DNA of 64,000 nt from an uncultured virus (IMG/VR IMGVR_UViG_3300017963_000243) (taxonomy: Duplodnaviria; Heunggongvirae; Uroviricota; Caudoviricetes). The notes below the pieces were generated by a model. The model made no database searches and was not told the DNA's origin. It worked only from the letters and a program-made list of their open reading frames with translations. The stretch covers positions 1 through 64,000 of the IMG/VR virus record IMGVR_UViG_3300017963_000243; one strand, given 5' to 3'. The position numbers were made by a program, and so were the translations under genes. This document shows, piece after piece, positions 26,003 to 36,357 of this stretch (positions within the stretch are counted from its first letter, which is position 1; the number at the start of each line of letters is the position of its first letter).

Positions 26003-28878
26003 GCCACCAGGTGCAGGCCAATCGTATTGAGGACCATCGGGAGATCGACGCTGACGTACGCCTCGATCCGGTCCGTGCTCAAGTCTGATTCTTCCACACC
26101 ATCGATGACCGCGTCAATGAGAGGCGGCCCAATACGCGTAACATAGCGCGCCTTGAGGTTATCGATGGTCGTCCGGATAGCCTGCCGGATGAACTCGATA
26201 GCCTCGGGCGTCACGTTCCAGATCCCCAAGAAGGGGAGGAGCGTGTCGAGGAACGTCCAGGAGATGAAGTCGAAGTTCTTCACCACCATGTACTCACCCG
26301 TTTCGAGCGCGGTAGTGTCGGTCGTGACCTCGTGGACGCTGTAAGGAAGCGCCGTCGGGTTATCCTGGATGAATACGTAGACTCCGCCGTTGGACAGGTC
26401 GGTGATCTGCTGCTCGTTGAAGTACTCGCTCGAGTTGTAGAGCTTGGTGATCCCAGCAATGCCCAGGTTCGTGAAGCCTTGTTGTGAAGGCTGACCGGCA
26501 GTCTGCCCACCGACGGCGCAAGCCAGGTAGTAACCCGGCTGCGGATCCGCTTCTGCCGGAGTGCTTGCACCGTAGCGCGGCTTGCTTCCGTCCACGAGAC
26601 CTGAGACGTCTACTTCATCCGGGTAGGCCAGAAGCAAGCGCTTACTAGCGAAGCTCGAAGCCGTAGAGACCATGGTCGTGACCTGTTCAGTCTTGTCCAT
26701 GTCTCGCATGATCCGGAAGAAGATTTCTCCGTTGGTGACGTCCTCGAGCTGACCACTAACGAGGGTCCTCTTGAACAGGTGCGGAAGCTCATTGGCTACC
26801 GTCGAGGTATTCGAACCTTCGTTTCGGACTTCAATCCGTTCCTGACTGAGAACGGCGTTCACCTCCCAAGTCTGAGACGTGGCGAGATCTCCCCAGTCCC
26901 CAGGATCGGATTCACAGTCCACCGGCATCTCCAAGATGTCTCCAGGGATAACGCCATCGGTGATGAACGTCGCGCCCGGGGACTGGAGAATGAGATAGTA
27001 GTTGTCCAAGTTTTTGGCTTCGACAACGATGTCCGCCGCTCCCGCAGCGACCGTGATTGCCCCACCGATCTTGGAAGCACCAGTGCTGTCCTGGATATCG
27101 ATCTGCTGGACGTTGGGGCCAGGAACACCCGTGTTGTCCATGTCGTAGCCGCCTGCCAACCAGTTGTCCCAAGTGTTGGGTCCCGCACCCCACACGGGGA
27201 GACCCTGTTGCGTCACAGGTTGAGCGGTGCGCAGATCCACCTCGAAAGACTCAGCAGGTCCAGCTACTGTTCCGTTGTAATGGGCCACATCCCAGGTCAT
27301 TTCGTGGTTAGCGACACCGTCCCAGAGCTTGACCCAAAGCTTATCACCAGGAACCAACTTCGCACCGGCATTACCGAGGGTCGGCAGAGATGCCCCGGAG
27401 ATTTCTACAGTGCGGTAGTCATCGTTAACCGGCACGACAGGAGCAGTCCCCGACTTTTGCAAAGTCGAGGCTCCCCCCGTCACGTCCTTGACGATCTTCT
27501 GAGTCTCGAGTTCGACCGCCCCCAGAATCACGCGGAACTTCTGTTTGATTCCGTTGGTGAGCACGTAGTTCGGGTCGGACAGGTTCTCGACCGTCGACTT
27601 CAGGGTCGCCAAGACCGTGGTGTTGTAGGTCAAGGGGACGATGGCGTAGATATCACGTTCCGCGCTGACACGGTCGATGAAGTCGAGATACGCCAGTTCC
27701 TCCGTGGCGAAGTTGCCGAGGCCGTAAACCTTGACCGGAGTCGTGGTGTTGAGGGCAGCCACATACGCACCTACGTACAGAGGGTTACGTGCGTCGAGCT
27801 TACCCAGCGTAGTGGTCATCTCAGCAGTCGAAGTCAGCGTGTTGATCTCTTGCAGATCCGTACGCTGCGCCATGTACTCCACGTAGATCTCCGCGTAGGT
27901 GATAGGGAGCCCCGTGAGGGTCCCTACATCCACGGTGATACCTGCGTCGATGGTGATGGAGTTACCGCTCACACTGAAATCGGTGCTGTCCAGCTCGACG
28001 TCGCTGAGCTCACGCTCGAAGCGCCACTTCTCCGTTGAGGCTCCTGGAGGGGGACCGATATAGTCCGTTGCGAAGTCGGAATTCATCCGAGCGTTGCACC
28101 AGTCGTACATCGACCCGGTCGCGGTGTCCTGGCATCGAATTGTCCCACTGGGAGATTGGACAACAACCTGGCATACAGGGGCGGCGAGAAGGTTACCTGG
28201 TCCGGGGATAACCTCTTCCACTTCGAGAACTTTCTGGCTGATAACACGCTTGACAGTGTACGAACCGTCCCGTGACGTACCGCCTGCGTCTGCGCTAATT
28301 GTCAGAGTGTCTCCAGGGGCAACCCCATTGGTTTGGAAGTTCAGGGCGGCACCTGAGTTGTCATAGAACGTGTAGCACAACTCGCGGACCGTCTTCTTGT
28401 AATCCGCCGAAACACCGGCGTTGTACTGAGTAAAGAGCAGATCCCCGGGAGCCACATTCGCCTGACCGAGGTGCTGACCTCCACCACCAGGACCGGTGTT
28501 GGCCTCGAACAAATTGTCGTTCTGGTAGTAGCGACCATACGCCGGAGCCGAACCATCATGCTCCGCTACGACCGCCCTGGCCTCGTCAAAGAAAATCCGG
28601 ACACTGTCGGCATCCAGGATCGCCCCCGACTCAACATTCGGCGGATCCGACAACGTCACAGCCGTGGGTGCCGTGTAGTTATCACTTCCCGGCACAGGAA
28701 TGGCGCCATCTTCAACGCCGTAGTCGGAACTCGCTTGGCAATCGGACTTGTCATCCAGGTAGTCCAGAATCTGATACGCGTAGCCCACTACGATGACGTT
28801 CAGGTCCGGAATGTCAGGGGCTACCGTGATGCTTTCGTACTCCTGAAAAACAATCACGTTAGGTCGTTGCATAGCCAT
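25999..28878 (-). CDS. contractile tail sheath protein (start revised to 28878)
   Basis: N-terminal RPNVIVFQE and C-terminal sheath-like domain (QQGFTN...IEAYVSVDLPMVLNTIGLHL); SD GGAGG. Confidence 0.8.
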   Translation of the reverse strand: MAMQRPNVIVFQEYESITVAPDIPDLNVIVVGYAYQILDYLDDKSDCQASSDYGVEDGAIPVPGSDNYTAPTAVTLSDPPNVESGAILDADSVRIFFDEARAVVAEHDGSAPAYGRYYQNDNLFEANTGPGGGGQHLGQANVAPGDLLFTQYNAGVSADYKKTVRELCYTFYDNSGAALNFQTNGVAPGDTLTISADAGGTSRDGSYTVKRVISQKVLEVEEVIPGPGNLLAAPVCQVVVQSPSGTIRCQDTATGSMYDWCNARMNSDFATDYIGPPPGASTEKWRFERELSDVELDSTDFSVSGNSITIDAGITVDVGTLTGLPITYAEIYVEYMAQRTDLQEINTLTSTAEMTTTLGKLDARNPLYVGAYVAALNTTTPVKVYGLGNFATEELAYLDFIDRVSAERDIYAIVPLTYNTTVLATLKSTVENLSDPNYVLTNGIKQKFRVILGAVELETQKIVKDVTGGASTLQKSGTAPVVPVNDDYRTVEISGASLPTLGNAGAKLVPGDKLWVKLWDGVANHEMTWDVAHYNGTVAGPAESFEVDLRTAQPVTQQGLPVWGAGPNTWDNWLAGGYDMDNTGVPGPNVQQIDIQDSTGASKIGGAITVAAGAADIVVEAKNLDNYYLILQSPGATFITDGVIPGDILEMPVDCESDPGDWGDLATSQTWEVNAVLSQERIEVRNEGSNTSTVANELPHLFKRTLVSGQLEDVTNGEIFFRIMRDMDKTEQVTTMVSTASSFASKRLLLAYPDEVDVSGLVDGSKPRYGASTPAEADPQPGYYLACAVGGQTAGQPSQQGFTNLGIAGITKLYNSSEYFNEQQITDLSNGGVYVFIQDNPTALPYSVHEVTTDTTALETGEYMVVKNFDFISWTFLDTLLPFLGIWNVTPEAIEFIRQAIRTTIDNLKARYVTRIGPPLIDAVIDGVEESDLSTDRIEAYVSVDLPMVLNTIGLHLVA

Positions 28879-28928
28879 GGGGTCTCCTCCACGTCTGTAC
28901 GCGTCTATGTGCTCGTCCAATTATACGG

Positions 28929-29657
28929 TCAACCACTGTGATCGCGTAGTGCAATTTCGTGGTAGACCAATTGAGCATTCTGCGCATCTTGAATCTGCAG
29001 CGCGATTTCTCGCAAGAACGGAGCGATGGGACGCGTGGTCCAACGCAAATCAAACTGCACGTTGAACTCAATAGTCGTTTGCCAGATGGTCTTGTCTTGC
29101 ATCGTCTGGGGCTGCGTAGGACCCAGGACGGGGTTTGAGATTTCGTGGAACCCGAAGTCTTTCCGAAAGAGATCTCGAGTTGCGAGCACAAAGAACCAAG
29201 CCGTGTCTGCTAGAACACTGCACTCCCCTGCTGACTCCGACTCCACCAGAAACGACATGGGCATGTTCGCCATGGCGTGATGGGCCTTGAGTCCGGAAGG
29301 GATGTACTTCCCAACGAAGTTGTCCACGTGGTGTTTCATAGGCGTCAACGCGCCGCGGTCTACGTAGATTGCGGGACGGTAATTTCGTACCTGCTTCTCA
29401 ACGTTAAATGCCGCCTCAATGAGCAGCTTTCTAGGGACCCCGTCTTCACTACGTGGCTGCCCGTCCTCGTCGTCATCGGGTTTTAAATCAGGGTCCCACA
29501 CCCAAGGAAGTGGCTCTCCAGGGTTGTCATTGAAGCGGTATCGAAGCGCTGCTATCCAGCACCCGATCACGGCGAGGGGCGTCCCCGGCATGATATCTTG
29601 GTGCTCCCCCTCCAAACGAGGCTGGTTAGGAGGCTGCGTTACTACCACTCCACCCAT
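28929..29657 (-). CDS. tail completion / neck protein (start revised to 29657)
   Basis: Lies between neck and sheath genes; RPAIYVDRG motif. Confidence 0.55.
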   Translation of the reverse strand: MGGVVVTQPPNQPRLEGEHQDIMPGTPLAVIGCWIAALRYRFNDNPGEPLPWVWDPDLKPDDDEDGQPRSEDGVPRKLLIEAAFNVEKQVRNYRPAIYVDRGALTPMKHHVDNFVGKYIPSGLKAHHAMANMPMSFLVESESAGECSVLADTAWFFVLATRDLFRKDFGFHEISNPVLGPTQPQTMQDKTIWQTTIEFNVQFDLRWTTRPIAPFLREIALQIQDAQNAQLVYHEIALRDHSG

Positions 29658-29664
29658 TACATCC

Positions 29665-30549
29665 TCAGAACCAGAGGGGGTCGTGCCAAGGATCAACTTC
29701 AGGTCCGTACTCTCTCGAAGATCTGGAGAGTTCGGAAACCTGAAGTTCCTGATGCACGTCCACCGACTGTAGTTGTGTTGGGTTTGACATCTCAACAATG
29801 TAACGCGTGTCGTCACGCAAAAAGACGAGAATATCGTCTTTCTCCACACGCGGAATGTTGAGCATAATGACCGAAACCTTGTTCACATCTACGTTCCCTT
29901 CAGGCGCTATCTGCGTCTGTACTGGAGAACGTTGACGTTGTGCGTATCCGTAAACAGGGTCCCAATACCCTCCCAAGAATCCGGTACCCCAACAGTACTT
30001 ACAGTGAGCACGAACTACCTGCGTGGTTCCTTTCGAAACACAACGGTTACACTTTACACCCCATCGACGCTGTTTGAGCACTGCGACTTCGGTCCCTACA
30101 ACTAACTTCAAAGCCTTCGCAGCATCGCGAATGAGTTTTCGCTGAATACCCTTGCGCCTTCGGTCCAGACCCGGCTCTAATTGCGCTACCGTTTCCACAG
30201 TTTGCGCGCCAAACCGACACACCACTTTGTAATAGATGACGCGGGTGAGAGAGAACAGATTGAGATCCCGGCGTTCACCACCCACCACAGTGGGCTGATT
30301 GAAGTTTTCATCTACGTAAAAGAAGGTGTCTTGGAGGTCAGTAGTTAACTCTTCCCAGGGGCCTTCTGAAGATCCTGCCCGGTAAACATCAAAAAAGAAA
30401 CCCTCACCGGCGGGAGGCTTTCTGAGAGTCCACTGGATGAATACTCGGCGAGGGAAAGACGCAACGGTCCGGGTCACCTCTACGCTGAACTCTGACGGTA
30501 GCGGAGAGGTCTTTTGCTTACCATAGGTCTGCGAGTAGGGCGTTCCCAT
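29665..30549 (-). CDS. head closure / neck protein with Zn finger
   Basis: CNRC...CKYCWGTGFLGGY motif; genomic position. Confidence 0.6.
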   Translation of the reverse strand: MGTPYSQTYGKQKTSPLPSEFSVEVTRTVASFPRRVFIQWTLRKPPAGEGFFFDVYRAGSSEGPWEELTTDLQDTFFYVDENFNQPTVVGGERRDLNLFSLTRVIYYKVVCRFGAQTVETVAQLEPGLDRRRKGIQRKLIRDAAKALKLVVGTEVAVLKQRRWGVKCNRCVSKGTTQVVRAHCKYCWGTGFLGGYWDPVYGYAQRQRSPVQTQIAPEGNVDVNKVSVIMLNIPRVEKDDILVFLRDDTRYIVEMSNPTQLQSVDVHQELQVSELSRSSREYGPEVDPWHDPLWF

Positions 30550-30552
30550 ATC

Positions 30553-30900
30553 CTAGTACTGCGGATACCCCATCAAACGAGGGTCCGGTTCAGGCTGGTA
30601 TGGCGCCTGTGGGGTCTGGTAAAGCAGCTCCGGATACGCTTCAAGAAGCTGATTCAGCTCTTCAGCTTCCTGCTGAGCCTTCTGCTCCCCCTTACCCATA
30701 GCCGTGGCGATACCGCCCACACCTGCTGCCCCAAGACCGACGCCAAGCTTTCCGCGGTGAGCCATGAGGAGATTCTTGAGCTTCGTACCGCCGCCCCGGA
30801 ACACCTCTCCCATAGGCGGAACAGGCCCGGCAGCAGACTTTTCGAAGACTTTTTGCTGGTCCAAGAACTCGGCAATTTTTTCACGCAGAGCTGGGCTCAT
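30553..30900 (-). CDS. small Gly-rich probable internal protein
   Basis: KIA and KSAA motifs; GVGLGAAGVGG. Confidence 0.6.
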   Translation of the reverse strand: MSPALREKIAEFLDQQKVFEKSAAGPVPPMGEVFRGGGTKLKNLLMAHRGKLGVGLGAAGVGGIATAMGKGEQKAQQEAEELNQLLEAYPELLYQTPQAPYQPEPDPRLMGYPQY

Positions 30901-30910
30901 GTTCTTCCTC

Positions 30911-31414
30911 CTAGATCTTCCGATACCAGCGGCCTACCCACTTGTATCCAGAAGAGATACCACCGTACGCGCCGCCGCCCCCACTCGTCAAGCCGCCCCA
31001 CCCACCTTCCATGTTGGCTTGCGTCTTAACAGCGCGGGCAATTTTCTCGAACTCTGCGCAGAACCAATCCGCCCAACGCATGTAGAGAGATTCTTTCTCA
31101 TCAAGCCCGACTGGGGCTATCCCACCGTCTTGAGCTTGGACCTGATTGCGCAGTTGTCGCGCACCTTCAGAGCGGAACAGGATACAACACACACCGGTCA
31201 GGAGCATCCACGCATTCATCTGCTCAGCGTAGATATTCGTGATAGGTGTCATCACATTGTACTTAGAGACAGCCAAGTCAATGGCGTTGTTGATCTCGGT
31301 GTCGTCCCACTCAACGTCCTCGAGAAGAGGGTTCTTCTCAGGCTGGTCCCTCAAGAACATCCGGATAATATCCATTGTGAGAGGGGCAGCGTTGGAGTTA
31401 AGCGCAACAACCAC
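30911..31414 (-). CDS. head-tail adaptor (putative)
   Basis: IRMFLRD...WDDTEINNAI helical adaptor-like pattern; genomic position. Confidence 0.6.
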   Translation of the reverse strand: MVVALNSNAAPLTMDIIRMFLRDQPEKNPLLEDVEWDDTEINNAIDLAVSKYNVMTPITNIYAEQMNAWMLLTGVCCILFRSEGARQLRNQVQAQDGGIAPVGLDEKESLYMRWADWFCAEFEKIARAVKTQANMEGGWGGLTSGGGGAYGGISSGYKWVGRWYRKI

Positions 31415-32211
31415 TAGAGCACCTGTTCTTTTACGAGGTAAAGCGTCACATATTTATCGGAACCCACAGGAACTCCCGAAGCCGTTTCCTGGACCATAAC
31501 TTCTTCCGTCGCCAAGAAAGGAACATCCACGGCATGTTCATCAGCGGCACCACTCACTGCGGCTAGGATCTTCCGGGGGTTCGCACCACCCTTGTCTTGC
31601 AGGTACACATCAACGGTAGACCCGGCCCCGCAAACGAGGCTCACAGACTTGAGAGTTACGTTTCGAGGCCCAGGAGTAAACGCAAAGACGCCCCCGTCAT
31701 CTTGTACGGCTTGAGCAACCGTCGGCTGTACGAACTTAGGGGTTCCTGCAGCAACGAAAGGAGCCCCAGTACCGGGCAGCGTCACGGAGAAAGCAGCAGC
31801 GACGTTTGCGTCAGCGGCAAGCGCGGCTTGAAGGAGCGCGTAAGTCGTGGTGCCCGGGACGTACTCGATGAAAATCGTCCAGGGGGCACCTACACGCACG
31901 GTTAGCGCAGCACCTTCAGACATCACTACCTTAGTTCCGAGGCCGTCTACGGTAGTATTCAACGCTTTCAGGACCACCTGCGCGTTAACGTCAGCAGGGT
32001 CTCCGATAAGACATTCAGGTTGGATGTCGGAGTACATGTAAACGCCGTCAGCGTAGTAGGCACCGTCCAGGGGATCAATCTGCGGGGGGCCAGTAATCAC
32101 CGGCGCAACACCATTGAATTGGGCTGCCAACTTCACACGTTGACGCACCGCAACCAGTTCGTTTCCGATAATCGTCTTCGACTCCACAGTCCGGGTCGGA
32201 ATGCCTGCCAT
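31414..32211 (-). CDS. virion structural protein
   Basis: 265 aa, beta-rich; TATACTT motif upstream. Confidence 0.55.
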   Translation of the reverse strand: MAGIPTRTVESKTIIGNELVAVRQRVKLAAQFNGVAPVITGPPQIDPLDGAYYADGVYMYSDIQPECLIGDPADVNAQVVLKALNTTVDGLGTKVVMSEGAALTVRVGAPWTIFIEYVPGTTTYALLQAALAADANVAAAFSVTLPGTGAPFVAAGTPKFVQPTVAQAVQDDGGVFAFTPGPRNVTLKSVSLVCGAGSTVDVYLQDKGGANPRKILAAVSGAADEHAVDVPFLATEEVMVQETASGVPVGSDKYVTLYLVKEQVL

Positions 32212-32255
32212 GACGTAGCCTCCTAACCAAAAGCTGCACTAAGTATAGCGCAGAT

Positions 32256-32897
32256 CTACTTGTTTTTCTTGTCCAATACGTCTTCTAGGACTTCCCGTAG
32301 GGCGTCCTCGACGGTAGCGGTATCTACGGAGGTGGTTTCGGTCTCGATGCGGTTTAGCGTCTGGCGTTGTGACTGCTGTTCTTCTCGCACTTGGCCCACT
32401 GCGACCTTGAGCTCTTCTACAGCCTTACTGGACTGTTTCGCAGTCTCTTCTAAACGTACATGGGAGTACACCCATCCCCCACCCGCAGTAATGAGGAGGA
32501 GGATCATACCGACTAGCCCGCGAAGAAACCATGTGCCCCAGAAGTTTACCGTTTTCTCCACGAGATCGATCCTTTCCTCAGACGTGCACACGTGGTGCCC
32601 TGCAGCATCTTTAGCACTTGATGCTACGTCCTGCACGCCCGTGATGTCTTTTCCAAGATCACGGCGCACATCTGTGATGTCCTCGATAAACTCGGAACGC
32701 AGCTTATCGAGCTGGGTTTGGAGGTCTTTAAATTTCTCTTTAACGCTTTCGAGCGCGGGTTTGTAGTGCGCCTTGTCGACTTTGCCGTGCTCGAGTCGGC
32801 TGAGTTCCCGCTCGATCCATTTGAGTCCATTGCCGTTACTTGTCGAAAACGAACTCCGGGGGGTGGCCGGAGGTCGGGAATCCATCGAGTCGCCCAT
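32256..32897 (-). CDS. single-TM coiled-coil protein (holin-like?)
   Basis: Central TM segment GLVGMILLLITAGGGWV. Confidence 0.5.
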   Translation of the reverse strand: MGDSMDSRPPATPRSSFSTSNGNGLKWIERELSRLEHGKVDKAHYKPALESVKEKFKDLQTQLDKLRSEFIEDITDVRRDLGKDITGVQDVASSAKDAAGHHVCTSEERIDLVEKTVNFWGTWFLRGLVGMILLLITAGGGWVYSHVRLEETAKQSSKAVEELKVAVGQVREEQQSQRQTLNRIETETTSVDTATVEDALREVLEDVLDKKNK

Positions 32898-32913
32898 GAC
32901 AGTACCTCAAGTC

Positions 32914-33183
32914 TCACGTCGTGATCTCCCGATGCTCGGGGCCAAATTCATTTAACTTCTGAAAATGTACAGCCCAGCTTCGCCCATCATCGAGATCGAA
33001 GGTATCCACCCATTCTCCGTTGGCATCCGTAGTCGTGTGCGCAACCCACGTACTGGTGTCCCCCGCCAAGAACTTCTCGAGTTCAAAAATCCGAATCTCC
33101 ACTCCTTCGACAGCTACTCCTGAAGGAGACACTACCGCCATATCCCCGACATGCGGGTAATCGTGGTTTACAGAGACCGTCAT
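32914..33183 (-). CDS. small beta-sandwich protein, paralog B
   Basis: VNHDYP...TTTDANGEW; paralogous to the adjacent ORF. Confidence 0.6.
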   Translation of the reverse strand: MTVSVNHDYPHVGDMAVVSPSGVAVEGVEIRIFELEKFLAGDTSTWVAHTTTDANGEWVDTFDLDDGRSWAVHFQKLNEFGPEHREITT

Positions 33184-33461
33184 GTACTGATCTCCACGGT
33201 TTTTTCAGCGTACGTGAGGTTCCTGTTGAAGCTGACTACCCAGTCAGTACCGTCTGGTAGGTAGAGAGGGTCGAGCCACTTACCTTCACTGTCCGTAACG
33301 GTCGCGCCAGTCCAAGAGTATTCGTCACCAGCAGGAGGATAGGAAGCGGCAGCGTAAACTCTGATACGGACGTTCTTTATAGGTAGGCCTGTATCCTCGT
33401 CGGTCACGGAGAGGTTACCGGGCGTAGGATAGTCATGATCCACCTTCGTAGTCATACCCAA
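33180..33461 (-). CDS. small beta-sandwich protein, paralog A
   Basis: VDHDYP...TVTDSEGKW. Confidence 0.6.
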   Translation of the reverse strand: MGMTTKVDHDYPTPGNLSVTDEDTGLPIKNVRIRVYAAASYPPAGDEYSWTGATVTDSEGKWLDPLYLPDGTDWVVSFNRNLTYAEKTVEIST

Positions 33462-33518
33462 AAGAATACGACGTGGAACGTCGAATCACAACAACGATGT
33501 GGAAGGAAGAGGGGAGGT

Positions 33519-34016
33519 TTAGAGGTTCTCGATAGCCCACTCGAGGACCCGACCGGCGAAGGACTTGCTCACGCCTGCTTCGACAAGAGCATCTTCGTCG
33601 GCGTCGGCGAGCTCCTGGATAGTCGTGAAGGAGTCCAGCACCGAGTCGACGTTCTTCTCAGTGATACCTGGAGCATCGAGGAAGAGCTCGCGCAGTTCGG
33701 AATCCGAGTCCTGGGAGTCATCCGCGGGAGGTTCCTCTGGGGGCGGCTCCACCGGAGGAGCAATCGGCTCCTTGGGAGGCTCAGCCGGAGGCGCAGGAGC
33801 AGGCGCGGGAACGGGGGCCTTCTCCTTGACAGTCGGCGTCGTCATCTCGAGTTCGCCGTTCTGGACGCCTTCCATGATCCGAGGATGGCGTGCAAGGGAC
33901 GGGTGCACAGGCTTGGTCTGCCCAGCATCCAGCACCAATGGCCTCCCCGTCCCATCACGAAGGCCCGAATAGGCCCTACGTGCTTGGGTCGTATTCGTCA
34001 ACTTCGCGTACTTCAT
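33519..34016 (-). CDS. Pro-rich linker plus helix-hairpin-helix domain protein
   Basis: APGIT..VDSVLDSFTTIQELADA HhH-like segment; SD GGAGGAG; follows the capsid gene. Confidence 0.6.
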   Translation of the reverse strand: MKYAKLTNTTQARRAYSGLRDGTGRPLVLDAGQTKPVHPSLARHPRIMEGVQNGELEMTTPTVKEKAPVPAPAPAPPAEPPKEPIAPPVEPPPEEPPADDSQDSDSELRELFLDAPGITEKNVDSVLDSFTTIQELADADEDALVEAGVSKSFAGRVLEWAIENL

Positions 34017-34080
34017 TTTTGACTCCTCCAGTAGGAAGGGTAGGAAAGCCACTGGCTACTCCGTCACAAGACCAGTTCGA

Positions 34081-34992
34081 TTAGAACTGGATCTCTTGCA
34101 TCGACAGCCGGTTACCCACTCCGATGCCCAGAGCCTCGTAGCTCCAGAACATGATGACGTCGGCTTCCTGCTTGATGAACAGGGTGGCGTCCTGCAGGAG
34201 ATAGAAGTTCCCGAGGAAGTTGTTGGGCTTCTGTGGCGAGAAGATCCACGCCTTGTCCTGGTCGTAGATGTCACCCTTGATCGTGGTGACGACCGGGATG
34301 CCCCACAGCCGCTCGGTAGCCTCGATGCCCTGATCGAAGTGGCGGGTGGCGATGTCATCACCGACCGTCACGGCGGGCAGGTCCAGCGCGTCGAAGTAGC
34401 GGTACTTCGTCATCAGCATCTTGCCGATGGGACGCCGACGACCAATCATCTTCTGCATCGCACGCTTGAACGTGGAGCTCTGGAAACCACCACCGGTACG
34501 CTGCTCGACCGGGTTGGCGTTGATGATGTCCGTAACCAGCTCGTTCCACTTGCTGTCTTCCTCATCGGCCATGTCCTTGACCGAGTTGTCCGACAGGATC
34601 TTGCGGATGTCGCTGGTGTAGGTCATCAGCTCCCACTTGTTCTTCGTGAAGCGCTGAGACTCGATCTTCCCGAAGTAGATCGCATACCGCGGACCCTTGA
34701 ACCAGGTGCGCGGACCAACGCCCTGGAACTGGACGAAGGTAGCGTAGGAGTCAGGCTCCTTATCGATGATCTTCTTCGGCTGATCCGTATCTTCGTCCCG
34801 GTCGATCTCTTCTTCAGAAATACCTTCCGGGGCGAGGATCTCACGCACTGCCGCTTCTTGGCGCAGCTTCTCGCGGATGAACGCGGTGCTTTCCTCTGCG
34901 GCTTCCTTGACGCGCCCGTCCTCGATCTTCCGCACAAAGCTGGAGTTCACGAGCTGAGCGGTCACTTCCGGAGTTTCAACGTTGTAATCCAT
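34081..34992 (-). CDS. major capsid protein (putative, HK97 fold)
   Basis: 303 aa, extreme codon bias, C-terminal WSYEALGIGVGN; follows scaffold and decoration genes. Confidence 0.75.
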   Translation of the reverse strand: MDYNVETPEVTAQLVNSSFVRKIEDGRVKEAAEESTAFIREKLRQEAAVREILAPEGISEEEIDRDEDTDQPKKIIDKEPDSYATFVQFQGVGPRTWFKGPRYAIYFGKIESQRFTKNKWELMTYTSDIRKILSDNSVKDMADEEDSKWNELVTDIINANPVEQRTGGGFQSSTFKRAMQKMIGRRRPIGKMLMTKYRYFDALDLPAVTVGDDIATRHFDQGIEATERLWGIPVVTTIKGDIYDQDKAWIFSPQKPNNFLGNFYLLQDATLFIKQEADVIMFWSYEALGIGVGNRLSMQEIQF

Positions 34993-35006
34993 GACGCGCC
35001 CTCCTA

Positions 35007-35513
35007 TTAGCGACCGTTGCTCTGCGGCATGATCACGTCGAGCGTGCCGTCAGAGTTCACACCGTTGGGGCCCACGAAACCGATGAGCGGCTCACCGGCG
35101 CCAGCGCCGACCGTCATCCTCTCGATCAAACCCGCGTCACCCACCGTCCCCACCGTGAGGGGCTCGCCGGGATTGTACACGCCTGCCACGTACTGTTCGG
35201 TCTTCATCTCAAGACCGCCTTCGAGGCAGGTAATACGGTGCAGGAACGCACCGTCGTAATCCATGTCACCGTCGACCGCAACAGCGAACATGAACGGGTC
35301 GTTGGCCGTCCAAGTTGCGCGGTCTCCCAGGACGGCTTCACCGGCGGCGTCCATCATGACGATGGTGCCGGGGCGAATCGTACCTGGAGTCGGCGTGCCA
35401 CCGGTCCCCGGACCCGGGGCACCAGAGACGTCCAGGATGACCATAAGACTCGCAAGCGCGTTGGGGTGCGGGTCCCGGGTCACAATGTCGAAAAGAGAGT
35501 TCAGATTGCTCAT
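35007..35513 (-). CDS. capsid decoration/cement protein (putative)
   Basis: Immediately upstream of the capsid gene; beta-rich; strong codon bias. Confidence 0.6.
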   Translation of the reverse strand: MSNLNSLFDIVTRDPHPNALASLMVILDVSGAPGPGTGGTPTPGTIRPGTIVMMDAAGEAVLGDRATWTANDPFMFAVAVDGDMDYDGAFLHRITCLEGGLEMKTEQYVAGVYNPGEPLTVGTVGDAGLIERMTVGAGAGEPLIGFVGPNGVNSDGTLDVIMPQSNGR

Positions 35514-35525
35514 CGCATCCTCCGT

Positions 35526-35879
35526 TTAAGGTCCAGTGACCCAACTGATGAAACGCGCGTCAGCGGACTCTCCTGCGGACGCCGTCTTTTCCGTGTCTCG
35601 TTCTTCTGGACCGCCCATGGAATCCACGCCGGTAGACTCACCGGCGAACTTTCCGATCATCTCAGCCACTTCGGGGTCGAGTCCCGCGAGCTTCTCGACA
35701 ACTTTCTCATCCGGGTTCTCACCGGTGATCATGCCGATCTTTTCCGCGAGGTTCTTGGCAGCCGTCGCTCGCTTCGTCTGTTCCTCGTTCTGCTTACCGG
35801 ACTCGATCTGCTCAACATAGTCCGCTAGCTTCTCGAGGACCGTAGCGATCTTCGGCAGCATTTCGGCGTCGATTTTCAT
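35526..35879 (-). CDS. head scaffold-like protein
   Basis: Helical, multiple K-x-A motifs. Confidence 0.55.
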   Translation of the reverse strand: MKIDAEMLPKIATVLEKLADYVEQIESGKQNEEQTKRATAAKNLAEKIGMITGENPDEKVVEKLAGLDPEVAEMIGKFAGESTGVDSMGGPEERDTEKTASAGESADARFISWVTGP

Positions 35880-36034
35880 CGCTTATCCTCTCCTACAAGT
35901 CGCCGACGAAGCGCGTTCAGTCCTTGGACCGCAACCAGCACCTGCGCACACTTCTGCGTACGTTCCTGCTGCACCTGCTCCGAGGCCTTGCGAAGATCGC
36001 TGGCGAGCTTCCGTAGTTGCTCAGCAGTGGTCAT
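35876..36034 (-). CDS. small protein missing from the ORF track (52 aa, MTTAEQLRKLASD...)
   Basis: ATGA overlaps at both ends; fills the gap. Confidence 0.7.
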   Translation of the reverse strand: MTTAEQLRKLASDLRKASEQVQQERTQKCAQVLVAVQGLNALRRRLVGEDKR

Positions 36035-36261
36035 TTCGAAACCGCCTCTTTCACTTGCGACCCAAAATTCATGACCTCATTATAGGTCACGGGAGCAAAA
36101 CTCCCATCCCTAATTTCACGAGCTACCTTAATGAGGTCCTTCGCTACCTCCGCGGACATCGAAGCTTCGGGGAGTGCCGCCGCTTGCTTCTCCAGTCGCG
36201 AAGGTTCCACAGCCGACTTCACAGCCGACATGACTTCACGGACGTTGGGCAGACGCTTCAT
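36031..36261 (-). CDS. small head-associated protein
   Basis: KQAA and KVA motifs; translationally coupled. Confidence 0.6.
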   Translation of the reverse strand: MKRLPNVREVMSAVKSAVEPSRLEKQAAALPEASMSAEVAKDLIKVAREIRDGSFAPVTYNEVMNFGSQVKEAVSK

Positions 36262-36356
36262 GCCGTCGCTCCTTCAACACCATAACGCTTCACCATGACC
36301 TCGTAGGCCATCTTATAAAGCTCAGCGTAGGTGCGGATGGTGTCGTGTCCGTACAT
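36258..36356 (-). CDS. small protein missing from the ORF track (32 aa, MYGHDTIRTY...)
   Basis: Starts 1 nt after the upstream stop and ends in an ATGA overlap. Confidence 0.55.
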   Translation of the reverse strand: MYGHDTIRTYAELYKMAYEVMVKRYGVEGATA

Positions 36357-36357
36357 C

